DNA of 64,000 nt from an uncultured Spirochaetota bacterium (GCA_963845535.1 CAWJSK010000014.1:32001-96000), one strand, 5' to 3'; counted from the stretch's first letter, positions 1 through 10,142 are shown. Numbers and translations: made by a program. Notes: generated by a model from the letters alone, not told the origin.

Positions 1-270
1 GGAGCCGTCGAGGACGCTGTCTTCAAAGCTAGCGAGGAACCCGCCTGCGATTCGAAGCGCAGGAGTCCAGTCTGCGTTGGCACTGGTCGTGGCGATGACA
101 TTCAGCTCTGCCGGGGTGAAAAGGCGCTTGATGGCGCGCTGCTCCGTTTTGCACAGAACGCCGTAGCGGTCCACGATGTCGGCAATACGTCCCGAGAGCT
201 CTCCAGACCGTGATGGGCCTATGATTGCCTGGATTGACTGTGAAATATAAATAGACCTTTTTTGACCCAT
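1..270 (-). CDS. Hypothetical protein with RHH-like N-terminus (partial, runs off window; not in ORF track)
   Basis: Manual translation MGQKRSIYISQSIQAIIGPSRSGELSGRIADIVDRYGVLCKTEQRAIKRLFTPAELNVI...; SD-like GAAAGGA upstream; open frame to base 1. Confidence 0.65.
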   Translation of the reverse strand, partial: MGQKRSIYISQSIQAIIGPSRSGELSGRIADIVDRYGVLCKTEQRAIKRLFTPAELNVIATTSANADWTPALRIAGGFLASFEDSVLDGS

Positions 271-272
271 TC

Positions 273-392
273 TCAGTCGTTCCTTTCCTCTCGAGATGTA
301 GGGCATGGAGCAGGGACGCCGACAAGGCGGACCCGACTGAGATTGATAACGTGAAGGAGCGACATCAGCATCCACCTTCTTCGAGCTGACAT
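273..392 (-). CDS. Putative 39-aa small ORF coupled to downstream gene
   Basis: GAGGGG then ATG; MSARRRWMLMSLLHVINLSRVRLVGVPAPCPTSREERND*; stop 2 nt before next ATG. Confidence 0.3.
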   Translation of the reverse strand: MSARRRWMLMSLLHVINLSRVRLVGVPAPCPTSREERND

Positions 393-446
393 CGGTCCCC
401 TCTTTTTCCGGTCAGCAATGGGGTTGTGTGAATGAAGGATCAAGAG

Positions 447-477
447 CAGGGTAGCATATGATATGCTACCCTGTCAA
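447..477 (-). promoter_or_regulatory. Sigma70-like promoter overlapped by perfect 13-1-13 palindrome (operator)
   Basis: CAGGGTAGCATAT-G-ATATGCTACCCTG at 447-473; minus strand TTGACA(472-477)-18 nt-TACCCT(448-453) with extended TG. Confidence 0.6.
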
Positions 478-573
478 ATTCCAATATTAGAATTACGTCA
501 TGTTTTGATTTAAATACAACGTTTTGGCGTCGACGAAAGGGTCCGACTTCCGTGATGCGGCTCCGCATATCCG

Positions 574-1176
574 TCAGCGGCGCGCTGGCCCCCTGAAGTC
601 GATTCCTATATAGTATGTTTCCATCGAATCCGACCTGCTCGCCTTTGGCTTGAAAGCCCGGGAGGCGGCAAAAAGGCGGCGCATCCGATCTAGGATCTCC
701 TTTTCCTCGCCGCCCTGGAAAATCTTCAGGAGGCAGTTCCCTCCCTGGGCAAGAGCTTTCTCGCACGTGCTCAGCACCTGGCGCGCGATCTCCGCGGACC
801 GGGCCGTGTCCAGCGTCCGATTGCCCGTCGTCGAGGGCGCCGCATCCGAGACGATGCAATCGTACGGTGCGTCCTCCAGCAGCCGGCCGATCACTTCCCC
901 TTGCGTGAAGTCTCCCTGGATGAAGCGGAAGTTCCGCCGGGAAATGAGCCGCTGGTCAGGCGCCTTCAGGTCAACGCCCGTCACGCTGCCGTTGCCAGCC
1001 AATAGGTCGAGGATGAAGAGGCTCCAGCTTCCCGGCGAGGCGCCCAAATCGAGCACCCGGTTGCCTGGCTTGAGGATCCGATGCTTCTCCTGGATCTCCT
1101 GGAGCTTGAACACGGAGCGAGCCGGGTAGCCTTCCTGCTTCGATTTTTTCCAATAGTAATCAGGTTTTCCCTTCAC
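574..1176 (-). CDS. rlmE: 23S rRNA Um2552 methyltransferase RlmE/FtsJ
   Basis: ARSVFKL, VLDLGASPGSW, SDAAP, KPKASR..S.E motifs. Confidence 0.95.
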   Translation of the reverse strand: MKGKPDYYWKKSKQEGYPARSVFKLQEIQEKHRILKPGNRVLDLGASPGSWSLFILDLLAGNGSVTGVDLKAPDQRLISRRNFRFIQGDFTQGEVIGRLLEDAPYDCIVSDAAPSTTGNRTLDTARSAEIARQVLSTCEKALAQGGNCLLKIFQGGEEKEILDRMRRLFAASRAFKPKASRSDSMETYYIGIDFRGPARR

Positions 1177-1327
1177 TGTGAGCTCTTACCGTAGCAGAAG
1201 CGCGGCCCACCGTGCAACGCCACGAGCGTCGTGCGGCCCACTGTGCAACGCCGCGAGCTTGACGCGGCGCGGGTGTCGGCAGTCGCCCCTCATTGACTCG
1301 CTCCCGCCCCCGGCGTACTTTGGACCC

Positions 1328-1963
1328 ATGGCCAGTTTTCTGCGCCGCCCCCTGAGGTACAGTTACTACAACGCAACAATGATCCTCATCGTCGTGAATG
1401 TCCTGGTGTTCCTTTTCTCCTACGTGGACAGGCAGGGAAGGATTGCATACCTGGCTCTCATCCCGGACTACGTCCTTCACCAGGGCTGGTGGTGGCAGGT
1501 CGTCACCTACATGTTCGTTCACAGCGGCTGGGCCCATATCTTTTTCAACATGCTCGCCCTGTTTCTCTTCGGGATCCAGCTCGAAAGACGAATGGGCAGC
1601 GCGGAGTTCCTGGTTTTCTACTTTTTCACGGGCATCGGGGCAGGCCTTGCAACGGTGCTCATCAACGCTTCCTCGGGGATGGGGATGATTCCCGTTGTCG
1701 GCGCCTCGGGGGCCATCTTCGGATTGCTCCTCGCTTTTGCCTCCTTTTTCCCCGACGCGCGGATATTCATTTTCGGGATTCTGCCGCTCCGGGCTCCCGT
1801 GGCCGTCCTTCTCTACGCCGGGATCGAGATTTTTCTTCAGCTCACCAATTTCCAGTCCGGCGTCGCGCACCTGACTCACCTCGCAGGAATTGCGTTCGCA
1901 TACCTGTATATCGTAGTCCGTTTCGGCATCAATCCGATTACCGTCTTCTTCCGCAGGCAATAG
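1328..1963 (+). CDS. Rhomboid family intramembrane serine protease
   Basis: H..FN, GASG and AHL.G motifs; multiple TM helices. Confidence 0.92.
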   Translation: MASFLRRPLRYSYYNATMILIVVNVLVFLFSYVDRQGRIAYLALIPDYVLHQGWWWQVVTYMFVHSGWAHIFFNMLALFLFGIQLERRMGSAEFLVFYFFTGIGAGLATVLINASSGMGMIPVVGASGAIFGLLLAFASFFPDARIFIFGILPLRAPVAVLLYAGIEIFLQLTNFQSGVAHLTHLAGIAFAYLYIVVRFGINPITVFFRRQ

Positions 1964-1983
1964 CGCCCGATATTCAGAGTGGG

Positions 1984-2649
1984 ATGCGCGCCAACCCTGC
2001 CTGCCTGCTTCTTCTCCTGGCCGCCTTGCCCGCGGGGGCACAGACCGACAATCGCCTCTTTGTCCGACCCTGGGTTGATCTTGAACCCGTGGTGCGCATC
2101 GAGACCGGCGAGTATCCCATCCCTGTTGAAAAAGCGGCGCGTACCGCGCTGGAAGAGGCTCGGGTCCTTCTCTCGGGGATGGTGTACGGCTGGACTTTCG
2201 ACTACACGCCCGCAAACAGCGCGCGCGGAGTTGCGGAAAGCTTCAGCCTCACCCCGATAGCTCAGATTCCGTGGGGAAGCCCGCGGCTTCGCGTCGTGGA
2301 GACGCAGACGGTGGAGCAGAAGTTCTGGGCGCGCGCGTCGTACTCCATGGACGATTCAGAGGCGGCCCGGCGTTCCTCCTGGGAAAGCGGCACCGCCCTC
2401 CTTTCCGAAGGCGAAGGGAAAGCGAACGTGATGAAGGGTCCTGCGGCCAAGAACCTCGCTTTCCAGGATGCCGTGAGAGACGCCATCCGCGTCGCGCTGC
2501 ACGGAACGTACGTGAATGCGCCGCAAAGGATCCGAGGGGACGTCGTTCTCTGGGAGGACCCGCGGTCCGCGGTGCGCTCGGGGATGTACCGGACCACCGC
2601 CACGGTGAAGATCATGGTCCGAGAGGTCGTTCCCTATAGAATTTTCTGA
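1984..2649 (+). CDS. Secreted hypothetical protein
   Basis: Signal peptide MRANPACLLLLLAALPAGA; coding-like ORF in operon context. Confidence 0.75.
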   Translation: MRANPACLLLLLAALPAGAQTDNRLFVRPWVDLEPVVRIETGEYPIPVEKAARTALEEARVLLSGMVYGWTFDYTPANSARGVAESFSLTPIAQIPWGSPRLRVVETQTVEQKFWARASYSMDDSEAARRSSWESGTALLSEGEGKANVMKGPAAKNLAFQDAVRDAIRVALHGTYVNAPQRIRGDVVLWEDPRSAVRSGMYRTTATVKIMVREVVPYRIF

Positions 2650-2671
2650 CCCAAAGGACTATCTTCTGTCC

Positions 2672-4258
2672 ATGCGGATCAGATTTGCTTTTCTCCTTCT
2701 CCTGGTGGCGCCGCTCGCCTTTTCTGCAGCCACCGACAAATCCGGACCGCCGCTTCGCGAGCTCGTTGTCGCATACAGCCCGCAGAAGGTGAACCTTGAT
2801 CCGCTTCACACCTACACGTCCATGGAGTCCCAGTTCTTCACGGCCATCTATGAAGGGCTCGTCGTTCCGGACCCCCAGACGCTTGAGCCGACCCCGGGGG
2901 TGGCCTCGAGCTGGGACGTCAGCGCTGACGGAACGGTGTACCACTTCACTCTCCGACCTGACGCCCAGTACTCCAACGGGGACCCGGTTCGCGCGCAGGA
3001 CTTCGTGACTTCCTGGATGCGCATGATCGACCCTGCCCAGAACGCGGAGTATTCGTTTCTCTTCGACGTCATCAAGGGTGCCAAGGATTTCCGCACGGGC
3101 AAGCTGAAGGACCCGTCCAAGGTCGGGATCAAGGCCCTTTCCGACAAGCAGCTTGAGGTGGACCTGGAGAAGCCCGCTCCGCACTTCCTGAAGATGCTCT
3201 CCCACATCAGCTTCCTGCCCATTGACCCGGTCATGCTGAAACAGAAGGACTGGAACGATGGAAGCGCGGTGATTGGCAACGGGCCCTTCACCATCACCTC
3301 CAAGACGGACCAGGAAATACAGCTTGACAAGAACCCCCGTTACTGGGACGTTGCCAACCTCGGCCTTGACCGCATCCGCATCCGTTTCATGGACGATGCG
3401 GGAGAAGCCACGGACGGATATATCACCGGCAAGATCACTTGGTCCACGCTGATTGCCTCGGACCGCCTGGACGCCACGGACCGCCTCCAGGCGTTCCCGA
3501 TGTTCGGGACGACCTACTTCTACTTCGAATGCGACAAGGCGCCGTGGAGCGACTGGCGCGTGCGCCGGGGGCTCGCGCTCCTGGTTCCCTGGGATCAAAT
3601 CCGAACCAGTGACTACGTTTTTCCCTCCCCGCAGCTCGTCCCCACAATCACCGGCTACCCCGAGGTCAAGGGGATCCCGGACCAGCAGGTGGACGAAGGC
3701 AAGAAACTTCTGGCGGAAGCGGGCTTCCCCGGAGGCAAGGGCCTGCCGACGCTCGTATTCAAGGTTGCCAAGGACTCGTACGCCGTGGGGATGGCGCAGA
3801 AGATGGCGGATGCGTGGAAAACGCTTGTCGGGCTGAACGTGGAGATCCGCCAGGTGGATCCGGACCTCTACTTCGCCCAGACCCGCGTACGGGACTACAC
3901 CATCGGCCTTTCGACATGGATCGGGGATTATGCGGACCCTCTCACGTTCCTTCAGCTCTGGACCAGTGACAGCAACCTCAACGACGCCCGGTTTTCCGAC
4001 AAGGACTATGACGCCGCCGTGGCTGAGGCCACCTATATGACGGACAACACCAAACGCTACCGGCGCCTGGCGGACGCTGAAGACGTCCTCCTCACGAAAG
4101 CGGCAGTCCTCCCTCTGTACCACCAGGCGGCCGTGCACCTCATCAACCTGGACCACGTGGATGGATGGTTCCCCAACCCGCTGGACATCCACCCGTTCAA
4201 GTTCATCAAGTTCAAGCCATTCAGGGCCCCCCAGGGGATTGCAATGGTTGTGAAGTAG
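2672..4258 (+). CDS. oppA: Oligopeptide ABC transporter substrate-binding protein
   Basis: Family 5 SBP motifs LDP, YEGL, F.LR...YSNG.PV.A.DF, GNGPF, W..DY.DP. Confidence 0.92.
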   Translation: MRIRFAFLLLLVAPLAFSAATDKSGPPLRELVVAYSPQKVNLDPLHTYTSMESQFFTAIYEGLVVPDPQTLEPTPGVASSWDVSADGTVYHFTLRPDAQYSNGDPVRAQDFVTSWMRMIDPAQNAEYSFLFDVIKGAKDFRTGKLKDPSKVGIKALSDKQLEVDLEKPAPHFLKMLSHISFLPIDPVMLKQKDWNDGSAVIGNGPFTITSKTDQEIQLDKNPRYWDVANLGLDRIRIRFMDDAGEATDGYITGKITWSTLIASDRLDATDRLQAFPMFGTTYFYFECDKAPWSDWRVRRGLALLVPWDQIRTSDYVFPSPQLVPTITGYPEVKGIPDQQVDEGKKLLAEAGFPGGKGLPTLVFKVAKDSYAVGMAQKMADAWKTLVGLNVEIRQVDPDLYFAQTRVRDYTIGLSTWIGDYADPLTFLQLWTSDSNLNDARFSDKDYDAAVAEATYMTDNTKRYRRLADAEDVLLTKAAVLPLYHQAAVHLINLDHVDGWFPNPLDIHPFKFIKFKPFRAPQGIAMVVK

Positions 4259-4307
4259 AAACCGGATCCCGCCCGGACCGTCGCACAGAAAAGCCGAGGA
4301 GGACGCC

Positions 4308-5507
4308 ATGCCGTCAGTCGAGATACGCCCGGAGGTATACTGGATCGGGCTCAACGACCGGACCACCGACCTTTTCGAAGGGATCTGGCCGGTGAGCCAG
4401 GGAGGGGTCACCTACAACTCCTACCTCCTGCGCGACGACAAAAAGGTCATCATCGACCTTGCAAAGGACTTCAAGACCGACGAGTATTTCGAGCGCATCG
4501 AAGCCCTCGTTCCGCTCTCCGAGATTGACTACATCGTCGTGAACCACATGGAGCCCGACCACACCGGAGCCGTCCGCGCGTTGGTGCGCATACCGCGCAA
4601 GCTCACGATCCTGGCCACGGAAAAAGCGCGGGAGATGCTCGCCGCGTTCTACGGGATCACGGAGAACGTGCGGGTGGTGGCGGATGGAGAAGAGCTATCC
4701 ATCGGCAAGCGCACGCTGAAGTTTGTGCATGCCCCCTTTGTCCACTGGCCTGAGACGATGGTAACGTATGACGTCACGGACAAGATCTTGTTCTCCTGCG
4801 ATGCTTTTGGCGGCTACGGCGCCCTGCCCGGGACGATCTTCGATGACCAGTGCTCGGACCTTGTGTTCTATGAGCGCGAGGCGCTTCGCTACTACGTGAA
4901 CATCGTGGCCAAGTTCAGCACGCCGACGCTGAAGGCGATCGAGAAACTTGCCGGCATCCCTATCGACGTCATTGCGCCGTCCCATGGCCTTGTCTGGAGG
5001 AGAGACCCCGGCAGGATCGTTGAGCTCTACCGCCAGTGGGCCAACCTGGCACAGGGGGGCGGTGAGAGGGGTGTCACGCTGGTGTATGGCTCCATGTACG
5101 GAAATACGGAGAAAATGATGAACGCGGTGGCCCAGGGAATCTCCCGCGCGGGCCTGCCGGTGGAAATCTTCGACGCCGCCCGTGTCCATCCCAGCTACAT
5201 CCTTCCGGCTCTCTGGACGTATCGCGGCGTCATGATCGGCGCCCCCACCTACGAAGGCGCGCTCTTTCCTCCCGTCGCGCAGGCCATAGACATGGCGGCG
5301 CTCAAGAGGGTGGTGAACAAGAAGGCCGCCATCTTCGGCAGCTACGGCTGGAGCAAGGGTGGGATGGCGGCGTTCCGCAAAATGGTGGAGCCGCTCAAAT
5401 GGGAGGTCACCGAGATGCTCGAGTTCCGCGGAAGCCCGACCGCGGAGCAGCTACGCCAGGGGGAGGAGCTGGGGGAGCGGTTCGCCGCCGCGGTCAAAAC
5501 GCCGTAA
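4308..5507 (+). CDS. fprA: Flavodiiron protein (A-type flavoprotein)
   Basis: NHMEPDH, HWPETM, SCDAFG, PSHG, SMYGNT, FGSYGW. Confidence 0.95.
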   Translation: MPSVEIRPEVYWIGLNDRTTDLFEGIWPVSQGGVTYNSYLLRDDKKVIIDLAKDFKTDEYFERIEALVPLSEIDYIVVNHMEPDHTGAVRALVRIPRKLTILATEKAREMLAAFYGITENVRVVADGEELSIGKRTLKFVHAPFVHWPETMVTYDVTDKILFSCDAFGGYGALPGTIFDDQCSDLVFYEREALRYYVNIVAKFSTPTLKAIEKLAGIPIDVIAPSHGLVWRRDPGRIVELYRQWANLAQGGGERGVTLVYGSMYGNTEKMMNAVAQGISRAGLPVEIFDAARVHPSYILPALWTYRGVMIGAPTYEGALFPPVAQAIDMAALKRVVNKKAAIFGSYGWSKGGMAAFRKMVEPLKWEVTEMLEFRGSPTAEQLRQGEELGERFAAAVKTP

Positions 5508-5580
5508 GCCCCGACCCTGCAAGACCGCCGGGGTTGGCGCCTGCAGAGACCCGACGGTATATTTCTGCTGGAGGCGTGCC

Positions 5581-6132
5581 ATGAAAAACTTCCTGCTGAT
5601 GTTGTGCGCTCTCGACCTTCTTTCCTGCGCATCCACGCCGCCCCGGTATACGGCGACACTGGATGACACGTACAAGGACGGGGCCGTCGGCGTGTCCCTG
5701 GTGGGGCTTGCTCCTGACGGCTCTCCCTCTCCCGAGGGGCTCATTGTGAAGTGCGTGAACGCAAGTGCCGCTCCCGTGACCGTGGAATGGGTGAAGTCCA
5801 CTTTCTCCCTGGGCAGCGCGCCTCACCCGGTCTTCGTGGAGGCCGATGGTTACGGTGATCTGCGCGGAGCGCCCCCGGAGACCCCCCTTGCGGCCGGATC
5901 GAACATCGTGGAGACCGTATACCCGGCGAACCGTGTCGTTACGATGGCTGGCGGGTGGGGGCCGCCGAAGCTGGACATCCAGCCCTTTGGATCAGAACAG
6001 GTCTCCCTGTCCATCTGCGTGAACGTCTCAGGGCAGGATCGCTTCTACACTTTGAAGGTGGACATGGAGCCGCAAGCCGCGGCCCCCGTGCAAGCCACTG
6101 CTCCGCGCCCTGAGGGGCAGTCTATGCGATAG
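5581..6132 (+). CDS. Hypothetical lipoprotein
   Basis: GGAGG SD; lipobox-like LLSC; resembles 21201-21746. Confidence 0.7.
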   Translation: MKNFLLMLCALDLLSCASTPPRYTATLDDTYKDGAVGVSLVGLAPDGSPSPEGLIVKCVNASAAPVTVEWVKSTFSLGSAPHPVFVEADGYGDLRGAPPETPLAAGSNIVETVYPANRVVTMAGGWGPPKLDIQPFGSEQVSLSICVNVSGQDRFYTLKVDMEPQAAAPVQATAPRPEGQSMR

Positions 6133-6188
6133 GAGCCAGTGGGGCTACGGGTTTGACCGTCCCGAGAATCTGGGTTACAATTTACCAT

Positions 6189-6719
6189 ATGAAATCTGCT
6201 CGCAAGCCTGCTCGTCATGCGCCTACCAAGTACAAGGTAGGGCAGGAGATAGTATATCCCCTGCAGGGCGTGGGACACATCCGCGCCATCGAGGAGAGGC
6301 CATTTCGGGACAGGAAGCTCCTGTATTACATCGTCTACCTCGAGGTTTCCGACATGACGATCATGGTGCCGGTGGACAAGGCGGATGACCTCGGAATCCG
6401 CGCCATCGTCGGCAAGAAAGAGTCGCAGAAAGCCTTGCGGCTCATTGCGGAAGAGTATGAGCCGGTCCTCGCGGACTGGAAGCTGCGCTACCAGATGAAC
6501 CTCGACCTGCTGAAAAAGGGCAGCATCATCGACATCGCCAACGTCGTGCGCGCCCTGTACCACAGGAGCAGGATCAAGGAGCTGCCCATCCTGGAGCGCA
6601 AACTGTACGACAGCGCGCTGAAGCTCCTCATTGACGAGATCTCCTTCTCCCTGCTCAAGGGCAAGGATGAAGTGGAGGAGCTGATCTTCTCGAAGCTCAA
6701 AGTCAACGCAGTAAAGTGA
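6189..6719 (+). CDS. carD: CarD family transcription factor
   Basis: IVYP.QGVG.I, IMVPV, W..RY..N, ERKLYD.A...L..E. Confidence 0.92.
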   Translation: MKSARKPARHAPTKYKVGQEIVYPLQGVGHIRAIEERPFRDRKLLYYIVYLEVSDMTIMVPVDKADDLGIRAIVGKKESQKALRLIAEEYEPVLADWKLRYQMNLDLLKKGSIIDIANVVRALYHRSRIKELPILERKLYDSALKLLIDEISFSLLKGKDEVEELIFSKLKVNAVK

Positions 6720-7375
6720 CCGCGCGGCCGTGGGACCGTATCATACGAAGAATAACAGCGACCCTTGAATCCCTGACCGGGCTGCCGTCGGTTTCCGAAG
6801 TGGCGCGTAAAGACCATGACCCTTTCCGTGTCCTTGTGGCAACCATGATCTCCCTGAGGACCAAGGATGCCGTGACAAGCGTCGCTTCGGAGAAGCTCCT
6901 TGCCCTTGCGCCAACCGCTTCCGCCCTGGCCGCTGTGCCGGAGGCGAAGATCGAGAAGCTCATCTACCCCGCCGGGTTCTATCGCACGAAAGCCAGGTCC
7001 TTGCGCCGGACCGCGCGCATCCTCGTTGAGCAGCACGGAGGCACCGTGCCTCGGACCATGGAGGAGCTGCTCGACCTGCCGGGAGTCGGCAGGAAGACCG
7101 CCAACCTCGTCCTCAACCTGGGATATGGCGTGCCGGGGATCTGCGTGGACACGCACGTTCATCGCATTTCCAACAGGACGGGATGGGTGAAGACACGGGA
7201 CCCGGCGGGCACCGAGCAGGCCCTCATGGAGATCCTTCCGCGCAAATACTGGATCAGCATCAACGAGCTGCTGGTAAGGTTCGGGCAGACGATCTGCACC
7301 CCCGTGTCTCCCCGGTGCAGCATCTGTCCCATTACTTCCTGGTGCGCCAGGGTTGGCGTAACGAGGTCGAGATGA
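6716..7375 (+). CDS. nth: Endonuclease III
   Basis: HhH LPGVGRKTAN, VDTHV.R, C-x6-C-x2-C-x5-C cluster. Confidence 0.95.
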   Translation: MTARPWDRIIRRITATLESLTGLPSVSEVARKDHDPFRVLVATMISLRTKDAVTSVASEKLLALAPTASALAAVPEAKIEKLIYPAGFYRTKARSLRRTARILVEQHGGTVPRTMEELLDLPGVGRKTANLVLNLGYGVPGICVDTHVHRISNRTGWVKTRDPAGTEQALMEILPRKYWISINELLVRFGQTICTPVSPRCSICPITSWCARVGVTRSR

Positions 7376-7746
7376 AAGTCACCGCGGCCGTTATCGAAGA
7401 AAACGGGAAGGTCCTGATTGGCCGCCGGAAGCCGGGGCGCCACATGGGCGGGAAATGGGAGCTCCCTGGCGGCAAGATCGAGCCCGGGGAGACGCCGCAG
7501 GAGTCCCTTGCCCGCGAGCTGTTGGAGGAGCTTGCCATCCAGGTCCGCGTTGGCGAGTTCCTCTGCAACGCGTTCTACGACGGGGACGGGGTGAGCCTGG
7601 AGCTTCTGGTGTACCGTGTGCAGAGGCTGGAGGGGGAGCCGACGCTCATTGAGCACCAGGAGCTGCGCTGGGTGGAGCCGGGTGAGCTTGCGGGATTCGA
7701 CCTTGCGGATTCAGACAGGAAGGTTGTAGAGAGTCTTTACGGCTGA
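7372..7746 (+). CDS. MutT-like NUDIX (d)NTP pyrophosphohydrolase
   Basis: WELPGGK..GE....L.REL.EEL Nudix box. Confidence 0.9.
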   Translation: MKVTAAVIEENGKVLIGRRKPGRHMGGKWELPGGKIEPGETPQESLARELLEELAIQVRVGEFLCNAFYDGDGVSLELLVYRVQRLEGEPTLIEHQELRWVEPGELAGFDLADSDRKVVESLYG

Positions 7747-7773
7747 CTCCGCGGGAGCCTCCCCGCGGAGTCA
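7744..7773. terminator. Hairpin between convergent genes
   Basis: TGACTCCGCGGG-agcctc-CCCGCGGAGTCA 12-bp stem. Confidence 0.7.
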
Positions 7774-7786
7774 ACGAGGAGGTTCC

Positions 7787-8146
7787 TTACTTCTTCACCT
7801 TTGCCTTCAGCGCGGATTCTTTGAAGGTCTTGCTGAAGGTGAAACGGGGAACCTTGGTTGCCGGTTTGGCGGGGATGGTGATCTCCTGGCCGGTGAGGGG
7901 GTTCCTCCCGGTCCGGGCACCCCGCGCGGGCCTCACCCTGATGAACATCTTTCCGATCTTGCCAATTGCCACGCGCTCTCCCCTCATGACGCCGGCCGCC
8001 ACGAGATCGAAGAGGTCTTCCATGACCTGCTTTGCTTCCTTGCGCGCAAGCGTGTTCTTCTCCGCGAGGTATCCGATCATGGAAGCCCCGGTGAGCTTAT
8101 CCGGCACCTTCGGGGGCGCCGCCTTCTTCACGGGTGTCTTTGCCAC
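7787..8146 (-). CDS. HU family DNA-binding protein
   Basis: GRNPLTGQEITIPAK motif; GGAGG before GTG. Confidence 0.92.
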   Translation of the reverse strand: MAKTPVKKAAPPKVPDKLTGASMIGYLAEKNTLARKEAKQVMEDLFDLVAAGVMRGERVAIGKIGKMFIRVRPARGARTGRNPLTGQEITIPAKPATKVPRFTFSKTFKESALKAKVKK

Positions 8147-8317
8147 TGTTTCCCCTCCCATTATGGTTCTGATATGCGGCCCACGGCCGCATCAACGACA
8201 CATGTAGCCAACAAGACTATACGCAGACGTGGAGAATGTCCAGAGCGCGACGTATGATTATATTGACACTACAAGGCTCGAAAGATAGGATGACCCTTTG
8301 ACTGTGACGGTGTTTGA

Positions 8318-8809
8318 ATGGACATAGATCATTGTTTTCAGACCGGCTCGGTGGTTGCCGAGCTTTCAAGCGGTGAAAAGTTCACGGCAATCCGTGAGAT
8401 CATTTACAGCGCGCCGGTCTTCCGCCAGATCCCGGACCTCAACTCGTTCGAGGAGGCCGTGATTTCGCGGGAAAAGATGCAATCCACCGGCTTCGGCCAT
8501 GGGGTCGCAGTGGCGCATGGGCGCATACCGGGGCTGTCACGTGTCCTGATTGGCTTCGGCATATCCCGCGCAGGGATCCCCTTCGAGGCGGCGGACGGCA
8601 AGCCCGTGCATCTTCTTTTCGTCATCGCCTCTCCCCCCCACCTCTCGCTGGATTATCTCCAGATCCTCTCCACTCTCGTGAGATGCCTGCGTGACAGACC
8701 CATGCGGGAATCCATCATGGCCTGTTCGGGCGCGCGTGAGATGGAGGTCAGGATCAGGGAAGCGTTCAACACGGACCTGGGCAGGCAGGCCTGCCAGGCC
8801 GCAACCTGA
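8318..8809 (+). CDS. PTS EIIA (Fru/Mtl/Ntr type) domain protein
   Basis: RE..STG.G.GVA.AH phospho-His motif; DGKPVHL. Confidence 0.88.
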   Translation: MDIDHCFQTGSVVAELSSGEKFTAIREIIYSAPVFRQIPDLNSFEEAVISREKMQSTGFGHGVAVAHGRIPGLSRVLIGFGISRAGIPFEAADGKPVHLLFVIASPPHLSLDYLQILSTLVRCLRDRPMRESIMACSGAREMEVRIREAFNTDLGRQACQAAT

Positions 8810-8837
8810 AGCCAGACCGCGAAAGGGCGCGCACCAG

Positions 8838-9613
8838 ATGCTCCTTCTGCCGGCCATCGACCTTCGGGATGGCCGCTGCGTAAGGCTCCTGCGGGGCAGC
8901 TTTTCAAGCGCAACCCAATATCCCGATGATCCGGCGGAGATGGCCCGCGGGTTCGAGCAGAAGGGCATTCGCTGGATCCACATCGTCGATCTGGATGCCG
9001 CTGAAGGCAAAGGGAAGGACAACCTCGCTGTTATTGAACGCGTAGAGGCGCCGTGTCCTGCCGGTTGGAAGTGGGGGGCGGAGTGCGCTCGGAGGAACAG
9101 GCGGCCCGTCTTTTCGAGCTGGGAGTGGACCTGATTGTCCTGGGAACGGTCCTCGTGCGTTCTTCGCAGGCGGTGGCATCATGGATCCGCACGCTGGGGC
9201 ACCGCTTCATTGGCGGCGTTGATGCCCGGGACGGGGTTGTGCGCGTTGCCGGCTGGACGGAAGACGGCGGCCAAAAGGACACCGAGGTTGCCACCGGGCT
9301 CGCAGGGCTGGGAATCCGCGGTCTCATCTATACGAACATCAGCAGGGACGGCACCCTCCAAGGACCGGACGTGGAGCGGACGAACACAGCGGCCAGGGCG
9401 TCCGGTCTCCCGACGCTTCTCTCCGGGGGCATTGGATCACGGCGGGACGTGGATGACGCCGCCGGTCGTTGTGATCCGCTTGTTGTCGGGATGATCCTCG
9501 GCAAGGCGATTTACGAATCGAGGCTGGACCTTGCGGAGCTTGTCAGGGCGTATCCGCAGAACCCCGGCTCGCGGGGAGCGAGCTCTCCGTGGGATTCCTC
9601 AGCATCCGCATGA
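8838..9613 (+). CDS. hisA: ProFAR isomerase HisA, split by frameshift near 9045
   Basis: PAIDL.DG.CVRL and HIVDLD in one frame; VGGGVR, TNISRDGTLQG, SGG in the next. Confidence 0.85.
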
Positions 9614-10135
9614 TCTGGTCCGCCACTTCCTCAGGCGTACGGCCGTCGGTTTCCACGGGCCTGCCCAGCGCCTCATAGATCGAAAGCCGGCTTTCAAACA
9701 GGCGTTGCAGCGCGCTGTCCTCCTGGGCCAGGAGCGGACGCACCGGTCCGCCGACTGCCTGCGCCCTTTTGCGCGCATTCCGCATGCTGACGCGCAAGTG
9801 GAAGGTCACGGCGTGAACGCGAAAGAAGCCCCTGTTCGGTTCCGGGACGGGCGCGCCGCCGCCGGCAGCAATCACCATCCGTAAACGGCCTGCCAGTGAG
9901 AGGAGCGCTTCTGCTTCCAGGCGGCGGAAAAAAGTCTCACCCTTGCGCTGAAAGACATCCGCAATCGGCGCGCCCGCCCTGGCCACGATGAGATCATCGG
10001 TATCCACAAAATCGTAGCCGATCCTCCCGGCCAGCAGTCTCCCCACGGTGGTCTTTCCGGCCCCCATGAAACCGATGAGCGCGATGAGGGAGGGGAGTGA
10101 AGGGTCGCGTGCAGCCGGGCAGGGCCATTGTTCAC
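9543..10135 (-). CDS. aroK: Shikimate kinase (start uncertain, probable indel in 5' C-run)
   Basis: LIGFMGAGKTTVG, D.D, GE..FR..E, GGG, RPLL. Confidence 0.88.
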
Positions 10136-10142
10136 CGGCCCG

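Noticed and set aside
2612..4411. Long antisense ORFs (also 13231-14322, 31637-32761, 42435-43784)
   Set aside because: Shadow frames of high-GC genes with no recognisable motifs
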